Positions 27,655-40,964 of a stretch of DNA of 64,000 nt are shown here, piece after piece (the stretch's first letter is position 1; each line of letters starts with the position of its first letter). The translations under genes and the position numbers were made by a program. The stretch is from positions 51,832,001 through 51,896,000 of the forward strand of contig OX638155.1 of the NCBI GenBank assembly GCA_951804945.1. The letters are read 5' to 3'. Under the pieces are notes generated by a model. That model made no database searches, had not been told where the DNA came from, and was given only the letters and a program-made list of their open reading frames with translations. This stretch comes from Podarcis cretensis (taxonomy: Eukaryota).

Positions 27655-29569
27655 GTGAGTCCTCTTCCTGATATGTTTTCAAATAAGAGTTCTCAAATAC
27701 CTGTTTTATTGTATACCTTCTTCTCAAACTTCATGAAAGCAGTAATGGAAAACAGGCATAGAATGCTCACTATCTTCATTGTTTTAAACTGAGAAACTAA
27801 ACTTATTTGTTACATTAAAATCTCCACTTTTCTTCCAACTCTGCTTTGTTTCATCAGGTTCGCTACATCCTGTGCTTTCAAACCATGCCCTGGGTTCAGA
27901 GATGCACGTGAATACAGGGACATAACATCTCCACTCCAAATCACTGATTTGTTGGAGGCAGAATGAGCAACAACCTCAATAACTCCTTTTTTTTCTCCCT
28001 CCTCCTCTCACAATCCTCCCTTGGTTATTAAGCCAGTTTTCTGTGACTAACAAACTAAGAAACAGCAATTTAAGTATTCTATACAAACCAGGATTGTAAA
28101 CCATAGTTGGATCCTAGTTTGCAATCCTGGTTTGTAGGGAACACTTAAATCAGTCTCCTGGCTTGGAAATCACAGGGAAACTGTGATATAACAAACCAAG
28201 AAGTTACCTCTGAAGATGAGTATACAAGATGAGGAAAGATGAGTCATTGAGCTTGCTATTCATTCTCCAACATAGCATTGTTTGTTGAAATTGAAGCATT
28301 GAGTTTGATCCATAGAGTTGCTCGTTTAGGTGCTTTTTTCCTTTTTTATTTTTTTGTTCTAGTGACGCAGAATTAGGGATGTTTGGGGAACTCAGTCTTT
28401 GCAAATTCAGATATGAACTGACCTGATCCACACTTCCTGGACTAATGTGCAGATGAAAATATAGCTACCCATTGCATTTAGCAGGTCTTGACAAACAAAC
28501 GATCATGTATGTTTTAAAATGCATGTTTTAAGAGGAAATACATTTTAAAATACATATTTAAATGTGATTTTTGTGTGCGTGCATGCAGATTTCTTTTATT
28601 TTTTAAAAAATCACAGATTAATGTGGAAATGGGCTGCAATGCATCTACAGGTAAACCCATGCAAAAATTACATGGACCAGAGAGAGAATGATCCGTTCAT
28701 CTCTAATCAATCCAAGTCAACTGTGACCATAGAGTTTAGCAGTAGGACTGGTTTGAGAAGCATGGCCACAGTATGGAACGGGTTGGGATGCAATCCATAA
28801 TCAGTTTAATCCAGAGGGTTGAAGCTTCCACAAGATACATCTGAAAGTATCCTTAGAAGCAGACTGTAGGCACATAAATACCAAGGAACAGATGAGGACC
28901 TGCTGCCAAGTTGTTCTGATAAGAAAAAACACACACAATGATTTAAGGATTCTATGTAAGCTGAATCCTGGCAAACACCCACTTATTTTGTGTTTTTTGA
29001 TAGCTTGCCACTGAGATGGTTTAAGTCACCCTTCACAATTCCTTTTATTGCCCCTCTAACCTGTCATTTGCTCTTTTGGAGCAGGGCTTGCTCAGTCCCT
29101 TCCACTTCACTGTCTTTTTCACAATTTGCTCCCTCCTTGCTGCTCTTGCTTCTTTTCTCATACTCTATTCTAACTTTTCAATCACTCACTATCCTCCTAC
29201 GGCCTTTAATTGCATCCACTTCTTTGCCTCTAGCCTCCCCCTCTTTCCCCCTAACCAGTGTTTTTTTCTTTCTCTGCACTGCTTCACTTATACTCCTTTC
29301 TGGCTGTGTCTCAATTTCTCTGACCATCTCTCCTCACTTTCCCTCCTTCAGACCTTCTGCTTCTGTTGTATCCATTCTGCATTTATTAAGCTGCAGGTTA
29401 GATGTCTCCATGCCTTACAGAGCATTGCTCTGCCCCACCCCAGGGGCAGACTTTGATAATATAATGCCCTCGGCATGAACAAAATTGGGCACATCCCCCA
29501 AATATGTCTTATTTTCACAATAATTCATTTTGGCACAGTTGCTTTTTAATGGATCGATACGGTGGTATT

Positions 29570-29605
<36 letters not shown>

Positions 29606-29607
29606 TT
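29570..29607. repeat. (TTTA)n microsatellite
   Basis: Directly visible. Confidence 0.93.
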
Positions 29608-30317
29608 TTGTGCCCCCTCAGCTCAGTGCCCTGTGTGGGCGAAGCACTTGCACTACCCTAAATCCAGTGCTGCCTACCTAATATGATCCACCTGGCTTGC
29701 CTCCCTGATAGCAGGGCAATATGTTTGCCATCCTTTGTGTATTTAAGTAAAGGAAGATTCCAAGATGTTTGCTGAAATGGCTTGCTGGGCAGGATTGAGC
29801 CTCTATGCTAGCTTCCAAGTAGGTTGGCCACTATTGCTTCCCGGAAAAGGAACAGTGACAGGGAGGTTGGCCCAATGCACTGGCAGGAGCACTGGATTGG
29901 CTCTGCCTGAGTGTTTGCCCTGTGCCAACCTCCCTCCCACTCACCACTCTCCATCCGAATAAGCAACAGCAACCCACTTGGCCAGAAATCCAGCATAGCA
30001 GCTTTGCCTCACCTGGTAAGCTGTTTCTCAATGTTTGTATGCAAAGGTTGATTGTACTCCATGTTCAGGTACTATGAATTGGGCATGGATGAAATAAGAA
30101 CTTACTAGGTGCAAGGAGGCTTATTACCTGAATATTGAGGTTCAGTCCCCTTTATTGCCAGCCAAGTTTTTTTATCCATGTCAACTGTTGTCCTATTCTG
30201 TGATGGATCCCAGAGGTCACTTGTCTACATTTCCTTTGAACCTTATGTTTGTTTCCCTCTCCCAGTGACATCTCAGTGAATTAATGTGCAGTTTGATCCA
30301 ATCATGGTGGGGTGTTT

Positions 30318-30338
30318 TGTGTGTGTGTGTGTGTGTGT

Positions 30339-30372
<34 letters not shown>
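30318..30372. repeat. (TG)n microsatellite, one interruption
   Basis: Directly visible. Confidence 0.95.
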
Positions 30373-30375
<3 letters not shown>

Positions 30376-30541
30376 GCTTCCAGTCCTTATTAATTTGAAA
30401 TCTTCATTCGTTCATTCATTCATTTATGTCAGTATACTATCCACTTTGGCTGTAAACTAAATGCTTTCCCCACCAAACGTATCCCCATGTATTTCTGTTT
30501 GCACAGACTGTTAATGAGATTTCATTGTTTGAATCATTCAG

Positions 30542-30631
30542 GTTACATGAGGGTATAAATGTAGCCAGTCCTGTGGCTGATGAGCACTCTCTTATAAAGC
30601 TGTATGTAAATCAGCTTCACAACAATTTACG
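30542..30631 (+). CDS. DTNA: DTNA 90-nt cassette exon with alternative syntrophin-binding site (LHEGINVASPVADEHSLIKLYVNQLHNNLR)
   Basis: attcag|GTTAC acceptor; TTACG|gtcagt donor; phase 2-2; DEH..I..Y motif. Confidence 0.9.
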
Positions 30632-33600
30632 GTCAGTATAAGAAGAGCACTAAACTACTAACTGATGTAGTTCTGTAGCTAGTACATTAAAATCAGTACA
30701 TTAATATATTAGTCATTTTTCAGAAGTACTAATGGGGGTTGTTTTTTAGACAAAGGAATACTGTGGTTTTAATGAGACTTCAAATGGATCTCATGCTGAG
30801 CTTGAACCGTCCTTTTATCTTGCATTTTGCACAGGGCAAGTATTTAAATGAATAACATGCACTTGCCACAGTTTAACCCTTAGGTCTGCTGACCTGTCTA
30901 GTTTAATTTTAGTGCCTTTCCTCCAAAACGCAGCTCAAAAAGAAGCTACATAATCCTCACAAAGGCACACCAATTCACACAGGGATGCAGCTTCCCACAT
31001 ATAGTTGAGGTTGGCTTGGCAAACCAGTTACAGAGTGGGCAATGTTAAATTATGTACAATCAGCACAGCTGTGAGTGATGCCTCTCAGTGTCCCTAATAG
31101 CCAAGTGGACCCACTAAGGACTACAGAGGGTTAAAGTAGAAGTCGTTTTGATGGTGTGTTCGAGTTCTGTGCTTGGGATTCCCCATACATTTTTCTTTAC
31201 AAAAGCAACTGCAGTGGCTCTGATCCAGACTGACAGCATGGGGATAGGATTTAACCTTTTCATCTGGTGCTGTTTCCCTGCTGAAATATATCACACACAC
31301 ACTGCAGCTTGCCACTGATGCTGCCATTTGTGAAGAGACATTGAAATATACTGTAAACATTTAAGTAGATGGTTAGTTGTGCAGAAGTCTTATTTTAACA
31401 TAAAACTTGGAAATCTACAAAACCTGCTTTTTATCTCAGCAGTCCTGGGTGTTTCTTGAATGTTATTACATATATTCTGTTGTTTGTGACCCTGACTTAC
31501 TAAGAAGGTAACAAAACAATATAGTAAAATAGCAGCATCAGCATCTTTTATGTTATAGTAGTGAAGAAAGTCTCGCAGTAAGTGTGAAATGCCTGTATAA
31601 AATCAATGCATTTAATATCACTTGAGTTCACTGTACACCACATATCTCTTGCTCTTTGTTCACTGTGGACATTATATTTTAGAGGAGCTGTACTCTTTGA
31701 CAATAATTTACTATCCAGTGTAATGAAATCTAATAGTCTATGTTGCTCTTTCACTTTACTTCCTATAAATATTTTTCCCATGGAATTCTAGTGTATAGCA
31801 CTGATTCATACATTCATCAGTGATGCTCAAATAACATGGTGCTCAAATAACTTCCACATAAATATTCTTGTGTTGCCCCTATTTGTATGGTGAAACTACC
31901 TGTTCTTCATCCCCTACTTGTGGGCTTCACAGAAGCACCTGATTGGCCTGATTGGTTAAAACATGTTGACTAGATGGACCTGTTGGTTTCCTCCAACAGG
32001 GCTAAGTTTATGTTCTTAGTCACGTATATGCAATTTTGGAGGTCTAGGAACAAGCATAAAAAACTGCATGCATGAACCATGCCTATCTTGATTTTTCACA
32101 TACTTAATTAAAGCCAGTAAGTCCACAGGGAATTTTTACAAGTGATGTCAAGAGCAAATTTTATCACTTGTGAATTACTGTGACATAGATATTGAGCTGT
32201 AAACTCACTTTAAATTGGGCCAAGGGCTCAGAATACGAATATAGATGTGAATTTTAAATGTTTGATGCACTGTTTTGTTTATATGTGAACGGGCACAATT
32301 GTGAATGGAAATTTTAGTGCCAATTCTGTGCTCTTAGGTTAGAAGTGGAGAAATTATATAATGATGCAAATGTTCAGAAAGTAACTTTGTAGCATCTATG
32401 CAGAGATGTGAAATTTTAATGATGGTTTCTGCATGCCATGTACAAACACCCCTATTCTGAACACTGGATGTTAGACTCAAAGTTACTTTGTTAAACCCCT
32501 GGGTCCTTTTTCTGGGACAGGATTATTATTATTTTTAAAGCATGATATTTTCTCTCCTGGTAAAAGCAACTAAGAGGTTACTGGTCAAAATGTTTAGAAA
32601 CAAGCTTGGACAAGGACCATAAATGATCCAGTTAAGTGTGAGTGTTAGACTCATTTCAGAAAATGGTAGATGTCACACTCTTTCTGTTAGATAGCTAAAA
32701 GCATACTCATGCCATTTTTATAACTGAACAACTAAAACCAAACTGTTACGTCAAACTGATATAAAATGTAAGTTAAGATAGGAAGAAGTGAATGTGTGCG
32801 CACACAATAAATTGTCAGTCTTCAAAGTAATGGAATATCATCCTACACTTCCATTAATATATTATGGACATGATCTAATTGTGAAACTAACCCCATGAGC
32901 CCAATGAGTCTTTAAACGTGGTTTTTTCCTGAGCAGGAGTTGCCTATGTCACATAACTGAGGAGACTTTTATCGTGGCTAGTCTTATCCTCTGGTCATTA
33001 CTACCATTTTGTGGGACTGAATTCCATATCTGAACTGTATTTGTCTGTACTGACATTCCAATTCACCTTTACTGGATTGCATGGGTTCTAGAACAATGAG
33101 AGAGAGGGAAATAAATCTTGCTATCCATACTTTGAATACTTATATACTCCTCTACAATGCCCACTCTGTTTCCAGACTAAAAAATTTCAGGTGTTGTAAA
33201 GTTTCCTCTTTCCAGTCCTGTGATCATTTGCCCTTTTCTGTACCTTTTCCACCTGTACAATATCATTTTTGAGGTAGCATTTGTATAGTCCATATCAGCT
33301 AATGCAATGCTAGGCTAGCTCCCAAGCCTTATTATTAAAAGAGAAAGTGATAATAGCGTCTTCTGGGCCTGGGATAGGGAGCCTTAGTATGTCCCTTATT
33401 GTGTTAATGTTGGAATTATGCCTTGTTTAACTAGGTTGAAACAAGATTTCTCTTCCATAGCTTAGCTACTGCCTTCTATTAATATCAAAGTATGTTTTTA
33501 AAAAACACACCCTTTTTCAGGGCATGTTTGCGACTGAGAAAAGATTTCACTGATACAGTGCTAGCACAAATATTTGTAAGGAAGCAAGATCACTCACAGT

Positions 33601-35543
33601 CTGAGAAGTCTAGAACAGGTGGTGATTTTTCTCACCTTCATAGGAATATGGCATCATTTTGATTTGCTATGTTACTTAAATACTGCCTCTCTTTGCACTT
33701 TTATTCAGTTAGTTGATGAAAAATGAATGTCAACATACAAGTTACATGATATAGCTGAGAGCTGAGATGAAATCTCTCAGAACATATTTTTCTGAAATGA
33801 TTTCTGGGACATTTCTTTTTCTCACCTAACTAGAAAAAGCATAACAGCTCAGGAGAATTTTACCTAAATATTCTCAGCACTTTTTTGTGTCTGGTGGTTG
33901 CTGTCTACCTGCTTCCCTTGTCCTTGCCCCCACCATACAATGCACCAGAAAAATATACTAGTTCCAGTGCATTACAGAGAGTGCGAAATAGATAGCCTAT
34001 TTGTACACAGCTGTAGATAATCACCATGTTGGAGAGTTTTTTGCTTGCTTGGGGGATTCCCCCACCTGCATTCTACAATGGTATGAATGCACCACATTGA
34101 CACAGAGATCTGTGCATGCATGGTAAGGGCACCCATGCTGCAAAAGCCTGTGTCACCCACAAGATAAGTAGAACTGGAGACTGGAATCTGTTTCAGATTC
34201 TAGAAGCATGAAAGAAAGTCCACAGATTGATAACTTTTCTGAAGTGGTACTGAGTGGTGAACATAACCAGGAACAAACACTGTATCATTTGTAACCTGAC
34301 GTGTTCACCAGGATCCTGTGGCCTAGATACAGATATGCCCCCCCCCCCAATGTGCATATGAAGTGCTGCTCGTCTACTGAAATTTGAAGACTTACATTGT
34401 GTGTGTGGAACAATTCTCCTTTACATAGAACATTCCCAGTATTAAAAAGAATAGCATATTCCCTTGCACTCATGGAGTTCCAGTTGAACAATGGAATGCC
34501 ACAGTTTTTCATATAATTCCCACTATGTGAAGCAGATATCACTGATTTCATGGGAAACTGCTTCCAAATTAGTGTGCTAAAATATTCTCTTCTAAGCCAT
34601 CCATTTCAATGGAACCCAAACAGACTTCAGTCCCCATACTTTAGTAAGTAAAGGGTTCTCCTCCATTATACCACAACTACTTTAATCGCCTCTTATACGA
34701 TGTTGTAAATGGAGAAATCCATTCCTCTACATGGCACACAGCCCTTTGGCTATAATATGTATCTTATTTATAATAGCTGGCATGAAAAGATTGCTATGGA
34801 ATAGAGAAATCGGAATGGAAAACCTGGAGCTGAAAAGAAAGTATTTATGCCGTGTTTCAGAATTGCATCAAGAAATGTTGTTGTGGTTCTGTATATATTT
34901 AAACATAAAAATGCAAACGTAAAAGAATATAGTAACGAATAAGCATGGTAGAGCACTATATAAGATCGTAATACTTTCCTATGTTTAAATCAGAGGTCAT
35001 TTTAAAAATATTTGTTCAATGTGAACATTTTCTTGGAGATCATCCATAATGGGGAGAATATCCTTCTATAATGGCAAAGAGAAGAACTGTGTCTTAACTT
35101 CATCCCCACCCTGCCTTGCTGAAATGCTACCCTAGAAAATGCTTTCTAAAGAGTTGGCAGCATAAAGTCTCACTCCACACAGTACGTGGCTTGCAGCTTA
35201 ACAAGTTAAGGCTGCAAACCTAAATGTACCTTCCTAAGCTCCAATGAGCTTGGTGGATTTTATTTTCAAGTGGATATGAGTAGGATTGCAATTTAAATAG
35301 GGTTTTAGAAACCATTTTGGCAGAAGCTTATGATGTATCAGCTTCCTCTAAAATGTTTATAAATCAAAGAAGTAGACTTGTAGAAAATCACCATTCTGTT
35401 TTGTACAAATCTGATAATCCATTTTAGATTTTTAGAGCAATTTTAGCATTATCTGTTATTTAAATCACTTACCTATGTTGTAGAGTTCAGTGGATTTCAG
35501 CCTTCATGGTTTACTGTCTTAGTTGTCCTGTCTCATTAACTAG

Positions 35544-35621
35544 CTCTCCTTACAAGAATAATGAAGTAGAGCAGAACAAATTGCTGGCTAGGGCTGCTCC
35601 AGCTTTTTTGAAAGGCAAAGG
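35544..35621 (+). CDS. DTNA: DTNA 78-nt cassette exon (SPYKNNEVEQNKLLARAAPAFLKGKG)
   Basis: aactag|CTCTCC acceptor; AAAGG|gtaagt donor; phase 2-2. Confidence 0.94.
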
Positions 35622-36855
35622 GTAAGTTTTAAAAAGTGCATAAGTAGCTTGCACTAACACAACTAAAGCAAATTCCTTCTCCTCTGATTATACTGTGCAT
35701 TCCACAAAACATATCAATGGCAGAATTTTAATTTCCTCATAATTTATCTGCCAGCTGGATTAAGCACAAATAAACAGAGGCATATGAAATATAGTAGCAC
35801 ACGAGGTCTTGCTATGACATCTTAAACTACAGGTAATTCTACATTTTGATGTAGATTTGTGTATGCTTAGTTAAATTTTGCACTTCACTCCTAAGAGCCA
35901 ATCTATACAGATCGACCAATAATGGAGTGCACAGTTCGTAGGACTGTAGCATTTCATTCTGTATTGGGGAAATCGGGTGTTGTAGCTGCTTGGGCGCCTG
36001 GGGTGGTATGAGCTGCCCACAGGGCAGGGCGAGCGGAGCTTTCATGGAGGCCGCCTCCCCCTCAGCTGTAGGGCAGATGCAAGCCTCAGGTTGCTGTTTC
36101 AGGCAGCTTGGAGCCTGCAGGCACCCGAGCCACCACATCACTCCCAGGAGAGACATGTGGCTTGCGCTGTAAGTGCCGCCGCCACAGTGTGGTGCCCGGT
36201 GCGCCCCCACCCACCAAGCTATGCCTCTGGTGGAAATCACATGTTTGTTTGACCCCCTTGCATCAAAACATACCCAGCCACAAAAACCTTGCACATTGTG
36301 TGAGAGTGTTCTAGCCTAACCACTAGTTTGCTAGGTCCAAAAAAACATTTTGCATGGGCAAGCGTTCTGACATGAAGTCTTCTACATATCATTTGAAATG
36401 GTTCGTTCTAAGAACTGTGTCACGTGGTTGTTGGTTTGTTTCTTTTTGCATGTGTAGATTGGCTCGCCTGACTGATGTCAGCTGAATTCCCCTTTAAAAT
36501 AAGTTTGCTTAGTATTTGAGCTAAAGGTTGGCAATTTCTTATATTCTGAGTTATGCTTCATTGTAGCACTAATCCAAGGCCAGATCCTGCATGGTCCTTG
36601 AGCATCTCTGCTGCTTTAGTTTTTGTAGGTGCTGATATTCTTGTCTTGCAGGCCCACTTTCTTAATATCTCTAAGTTCTACCTTGATTGGATGGAATTGA
36701 TAACCATTTCAACACTTGTTTTATGAAGAGAGAAAAAATACATTTGACTGCTCATTTACAAATTCCCATTTCACACTCTTACTTGCTCCTGCTTTCTCTG
36801 TTTATTTCTCTTTGTCTGTCCGGACTATACCCTTTTCCCCCCAACCCTGTTTCAG

Positions 36856-36948
36856 GTTACAGTATAGCCTCGATGTTGCAGACAGGCTGGCTGATGAACA
36901 TGTTCTCATTGGGTTGTATGTCAACATGCTCCAGAACAACCCCTCACG
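36856..36948 (+). CDS. DTNA: DTNA 93-nt cassette exon, syntrophin-binding site (LQYSLDVADRLADEHVLIGLYVNMLQNNPSR)
   Basis: tttcag|GTTAC acceptor; TCACG|gttagt donor; ORF 36716..36985. Confidence 0.95.
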
Positions 36949-39313
36949 GTTAGTGCAGGCTGGGCACCTTGGTGGGGAACTTTAGAGACGAATCCAGGCC
37001 ATTACAGAATGCAACTCCTCAAAGGACTGCGCAGAAACTAAACTGACTGGCCTGGTCCTCATTCTATTGGATTTCAGCAGTGTTAAATATTACAAACAGT
37101 AGAATCACTACCATGCACATTGATTTGTGTTAGTCTCTAAAAGGCAATCATTAGTGTGCTTATCAATATTATACATACTCTGACCCATTTATCCTACTAA
37201 CTGATCAACTGGGTGACAATCTACATGAGCCACCACAGAACTGCTGCATATGTAAGGAATATTCTGAAGTTTCTTTTTGTGTGAAATCTGTATGAAAATT
37301 CTCGCATCCAGTTGTCAAAGGCAAATGATTTCACTGAAAACACACACATCACCACCACTCTTCAGTTCACATAAAGTGTATGTTCATCATTACATATTGA
37401 TCTACAACTTTCTTATATGGAAGTGACATCTGAACGCCTTGATGAATAGGCAGCATTAAATCCAAATACAGTAATCAGCATAATTAGGTGTTTTTTCAGA
37501 TTGTACTGTTGGCAGTGGTTGTTACTAATAATTGTTTCTTTTGTGCTTTTAATGTGCATATTGCTTTCCTGGCTTTATGCTGTTTATACCTAAAACAGTC
37601 GTTTCAGATAAAGACAGTTACTTATCCAAGCATCCAAGGGGTTCGTGGCTAAGCAGAAATTTCATCTCAAATCCCTCAGGTCCAGCACCCTATCAGTTAG
37701 TCCATGCTAGAGTATGTAGGACAGAATGCACAGATTCAAGTATTCTTTGGAGTATTTTTCCAAGTGAAGAAATACAATGGTTGAATAAGAGGACTTTTTA
37801 TTTGCCTGCTCTGTTGCCACTGTAGAGCTGTACATTAGACTGATCTCAAAAGCAGTTGATAAAAGGTTGGTTGAAAGCATGCGGTGGTCCACCCTATAGT
37901 GTCTACAGAATAATGAAGGCTGGGCATCACATTCATGAAGTATTTAAGGTATGGGATCATGACTGAAACTTGGATTCTGTAAAACACAGCAGTATTTAAC
38001 AGGACATCTTTTTCCATGTAAGACTGAAAAGCTCCCTGTGTTGTGACATGTGAATATATCCTTTTGCATGGTTAGATAACTGATGGCTATTTTCTGAACA
38101 GAGTGTTCTGGTATAATAAGCCACCCTTCTCTGTCTATGCTTCTTGCTAGCTATAGCCATTTACTTGTCAATTGTTTTTTTTATCAGTCAAATTGAGGCC
38201 CATTCCTTTTTGTATACACTTGCTAGATGGAGCTGATGTAGTTTGAGTCCACATGCTCAGTGCGCAGAAGAAACTGTGTGCCATGATAAACCCTTAAATT
38301 GAATGCTTTTGAAGGTTTGGATGGGTAAAGAAACAATGAAATGTGTAGTGCAAAACATATGATTATTGACATTCAAAGATTTCAGTATTAAAGTACTTGA
38401 TTGAAAAGAGCACCAGTCATTCCCATTATATTAACAGGCAAAATTAGCTAACAGACTTAACCATGTATTACATAATGCTTTGTGGTAAGGAGTGGAGAAG
38501 TGCATAGTTCTGAATATTTAAGAGCTCAGGCAATATGTTATTCCTGAGCATTATATAATTTTTATAGACTGGCATCAGTCCTGATACTGTCCCTCTGCTA
38601 ATGTCTGTGGTTATGCATTTAATTGGTAAGTGCATTCTGGCCATAAAGTTTTTGTACAGCAGGCCACAAAGTTCCCAGCTCTAACTAATAATGGTCTGCC
38701 GCTTGCAGTCTAAGGAAGCAAAACCACTGTTCACTATGTCCACTGATACTAGGACCAGAAGCAATTTATTTGAAATTGCAAAGCGACAAACTTAGATAAA
38801 GGTTTAGGGCAACTTTTCATAACAAGTAATGGAGCATGCAGAGTAGAGACAATTGGGAATCTTCCATTGCCATTTGAATGCAAGCCACGGCTTTATCCAA
38901 TACAGGTCTGATTGCTATTCAGTGTGGTAGCAAATGATCACATGTAGCAGCAATGACTGATACTGCCACAGTGCATGTGGTCCATTTCCAAAAGCCATTA
39001 TCATCCTAATGAAATACTAACACTAAAAAACAAAAAAATCTTCAAATAAAGCAAAACAGCGTATCTTTACAGATGCTAACATAACATTAGTTCTGAACTC
39101 TACATACTGTACAGCCTCATCCAGATGGTCTGGGAGGCATCAGTGATATTGAATGGATTGCTAGCTGCCCTAGCCTGCTGTTGTATGTTTAATGCACAGA
39201 ATTTCTGAAACTTTCATGGCATGGAAATAATATCACTTGCTAATCTTGGTGCATCAACCTTCTGCTAAGAGACGTATTTACAGCAGCCAGTTGAAAAGTT
39301 GACAACTCCAAGG

Positions 39314-39670
39314 ATAAAAGGTAAAGGTACCCCTGCCCGTACGGGCCAGTCTTGACAGACTCTGGGGTTGTGCGCCCATCTCACTTAAGAGGCCAGGGGC
39401 CAGCGCTGTCCGGAGACACTTCCGGGTCACGTGGCCAGCGTGACATCGCTGCTCTGGCGAGCCAGAGCCACACACGGAAATGCCGTTTACCTTCCCGCTG
39501 GTAAGCGGTCCCTATTTATCTACTTGCACCCGGAGGTGCTTTCGAACTGCTAGGTTGGCAGGCGCTGGGACCGAGCAGCGGGAGCGCACCCCGCCGCAGG
39601 GATTCGAACCGCCGACCTTTCGATCGGCAAGCCCTAGGTGCTGAGGCTTTAACCCACAGCGCCACCTGCG
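39314..39670 (-). mobile_element. Sauria SINE, full length, CpG-rich
   Basis: aaaggtaaaggt tail; ctatttatctacttgcac and ttcgaactgctaggttggc core; cccacagcgccacc head. Confidence 0.92.
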
Positions 39671-40964
39671 ATACTCACAGTTAAATAGGAGTAACGTCCC
39701 CAGAGGGCTGCACTGACATGAGAGACATAAATGATTTCAATCAATCAAGATATTTGAATAGCCAAGATTGAGGCATGTTGGTTCCATAAACATTTTTTCT
39801 CATGCAAATTTCAAAAATGAAATGTACTTTTAACTTGCATTTATTTTTGGCATGTGGGGACGGGGAGTAATTTTCCTTCAAATCAGAGTGGCTTGTGTTT
39901 ATTGGAGTGTGGATGTCTTTGTTTCCTTTCCCAGGCAAGTGTGATATGACTAATTTGTTTGAGCCATCTGAGTTGACTTCGGGTGAATTAGCACACTCTA
40001 GTAGTCTCAGAAAATCTATCAACTGAGAAATAGCTAGTGGTGTTGCCTTGCCCTTTCCCACTTAATATCATACAAGTATATATCAAAATAATACATAGAA
40101 TTACTTTCTCCCACAAACTTGCAACCACAGTTGTCATGACAGCAAACAAGTGATGGAATTGTCACCTCTTGACTTGCCTAGAGGAGAGGATGTATAGGAT
40201 TGTTCTGGTTTTCCATCCTATCTAATGACTTTTCCCATCCTATCTAATGACTTTTTCACTACGAGAAGGATTTGGGATACCCCTGGCCTTTCACAGCATA
40301 TTTGGAAGCAGTTTTGCAACAACAGTCAGCTTCCACCCACCACCCACCCCCGCTTAGACACATTTCCTATTGGAAACCTTTACTTTCTCCCACAATTCAA
40401 TAGGCACGATTAGGCATGCATGGATGATTTGGAAGGAAGGATCCTGTCTTCAGTGGTGACTGTGGTGCAGGTTCAGCCATTCTTCCTTATTTGTGACTAG
40501 CTGCTATCTACTCTTAATGGGAAAAAGTAGAATACTTTTCTTGGGGACAATCTTGCACCTCCTCCACCCTTCCCTTATCGCAGTTTGCACAATTCAAACC
40601 ATGGCTTATTGGGAACAAGCAAATATGTGGGTTCCTAGAAAGAAGATCACAACCACATCACTCCTCCAGTTCTGCTGCACTGCTGTGAGCTAAGCCTTGA
40701 TTTGGTTTAGTGTTACATTCAAACTTAGGCTTGATCTCCCCAAGGTTTGTTCTATGGCTTACTGCTCTTGATTTGTCACAAGCCTAACTCTGGATGTGCT
40801 GCTAGGCCAAACCTTGGCTTATCTTATAGCAGCGCAGCAGCAGTAGAACCAGAGGAGGATCAACATGGCCACTGTCTTCTCCCCAGAAACCCCATGTTTG
40901 CTTGTGTGTGCTGTGCCAGGATTTTGCTTAGCAGTGTGTGTGTGAACCAGGCCACTGTGGTCAC

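Noticed and set aside
28990-29478. 162-aa and 126-aa hydrophobic ORFs
   Set aside because: Arise from pyrimidine-rich, stop-poor low-complexity sequence.
35839-36314. GC-rich patch with several ORFs between cassette exons
   Set aside because: No splice or protein signal; probably a decayed repeat whose termini I could not define.
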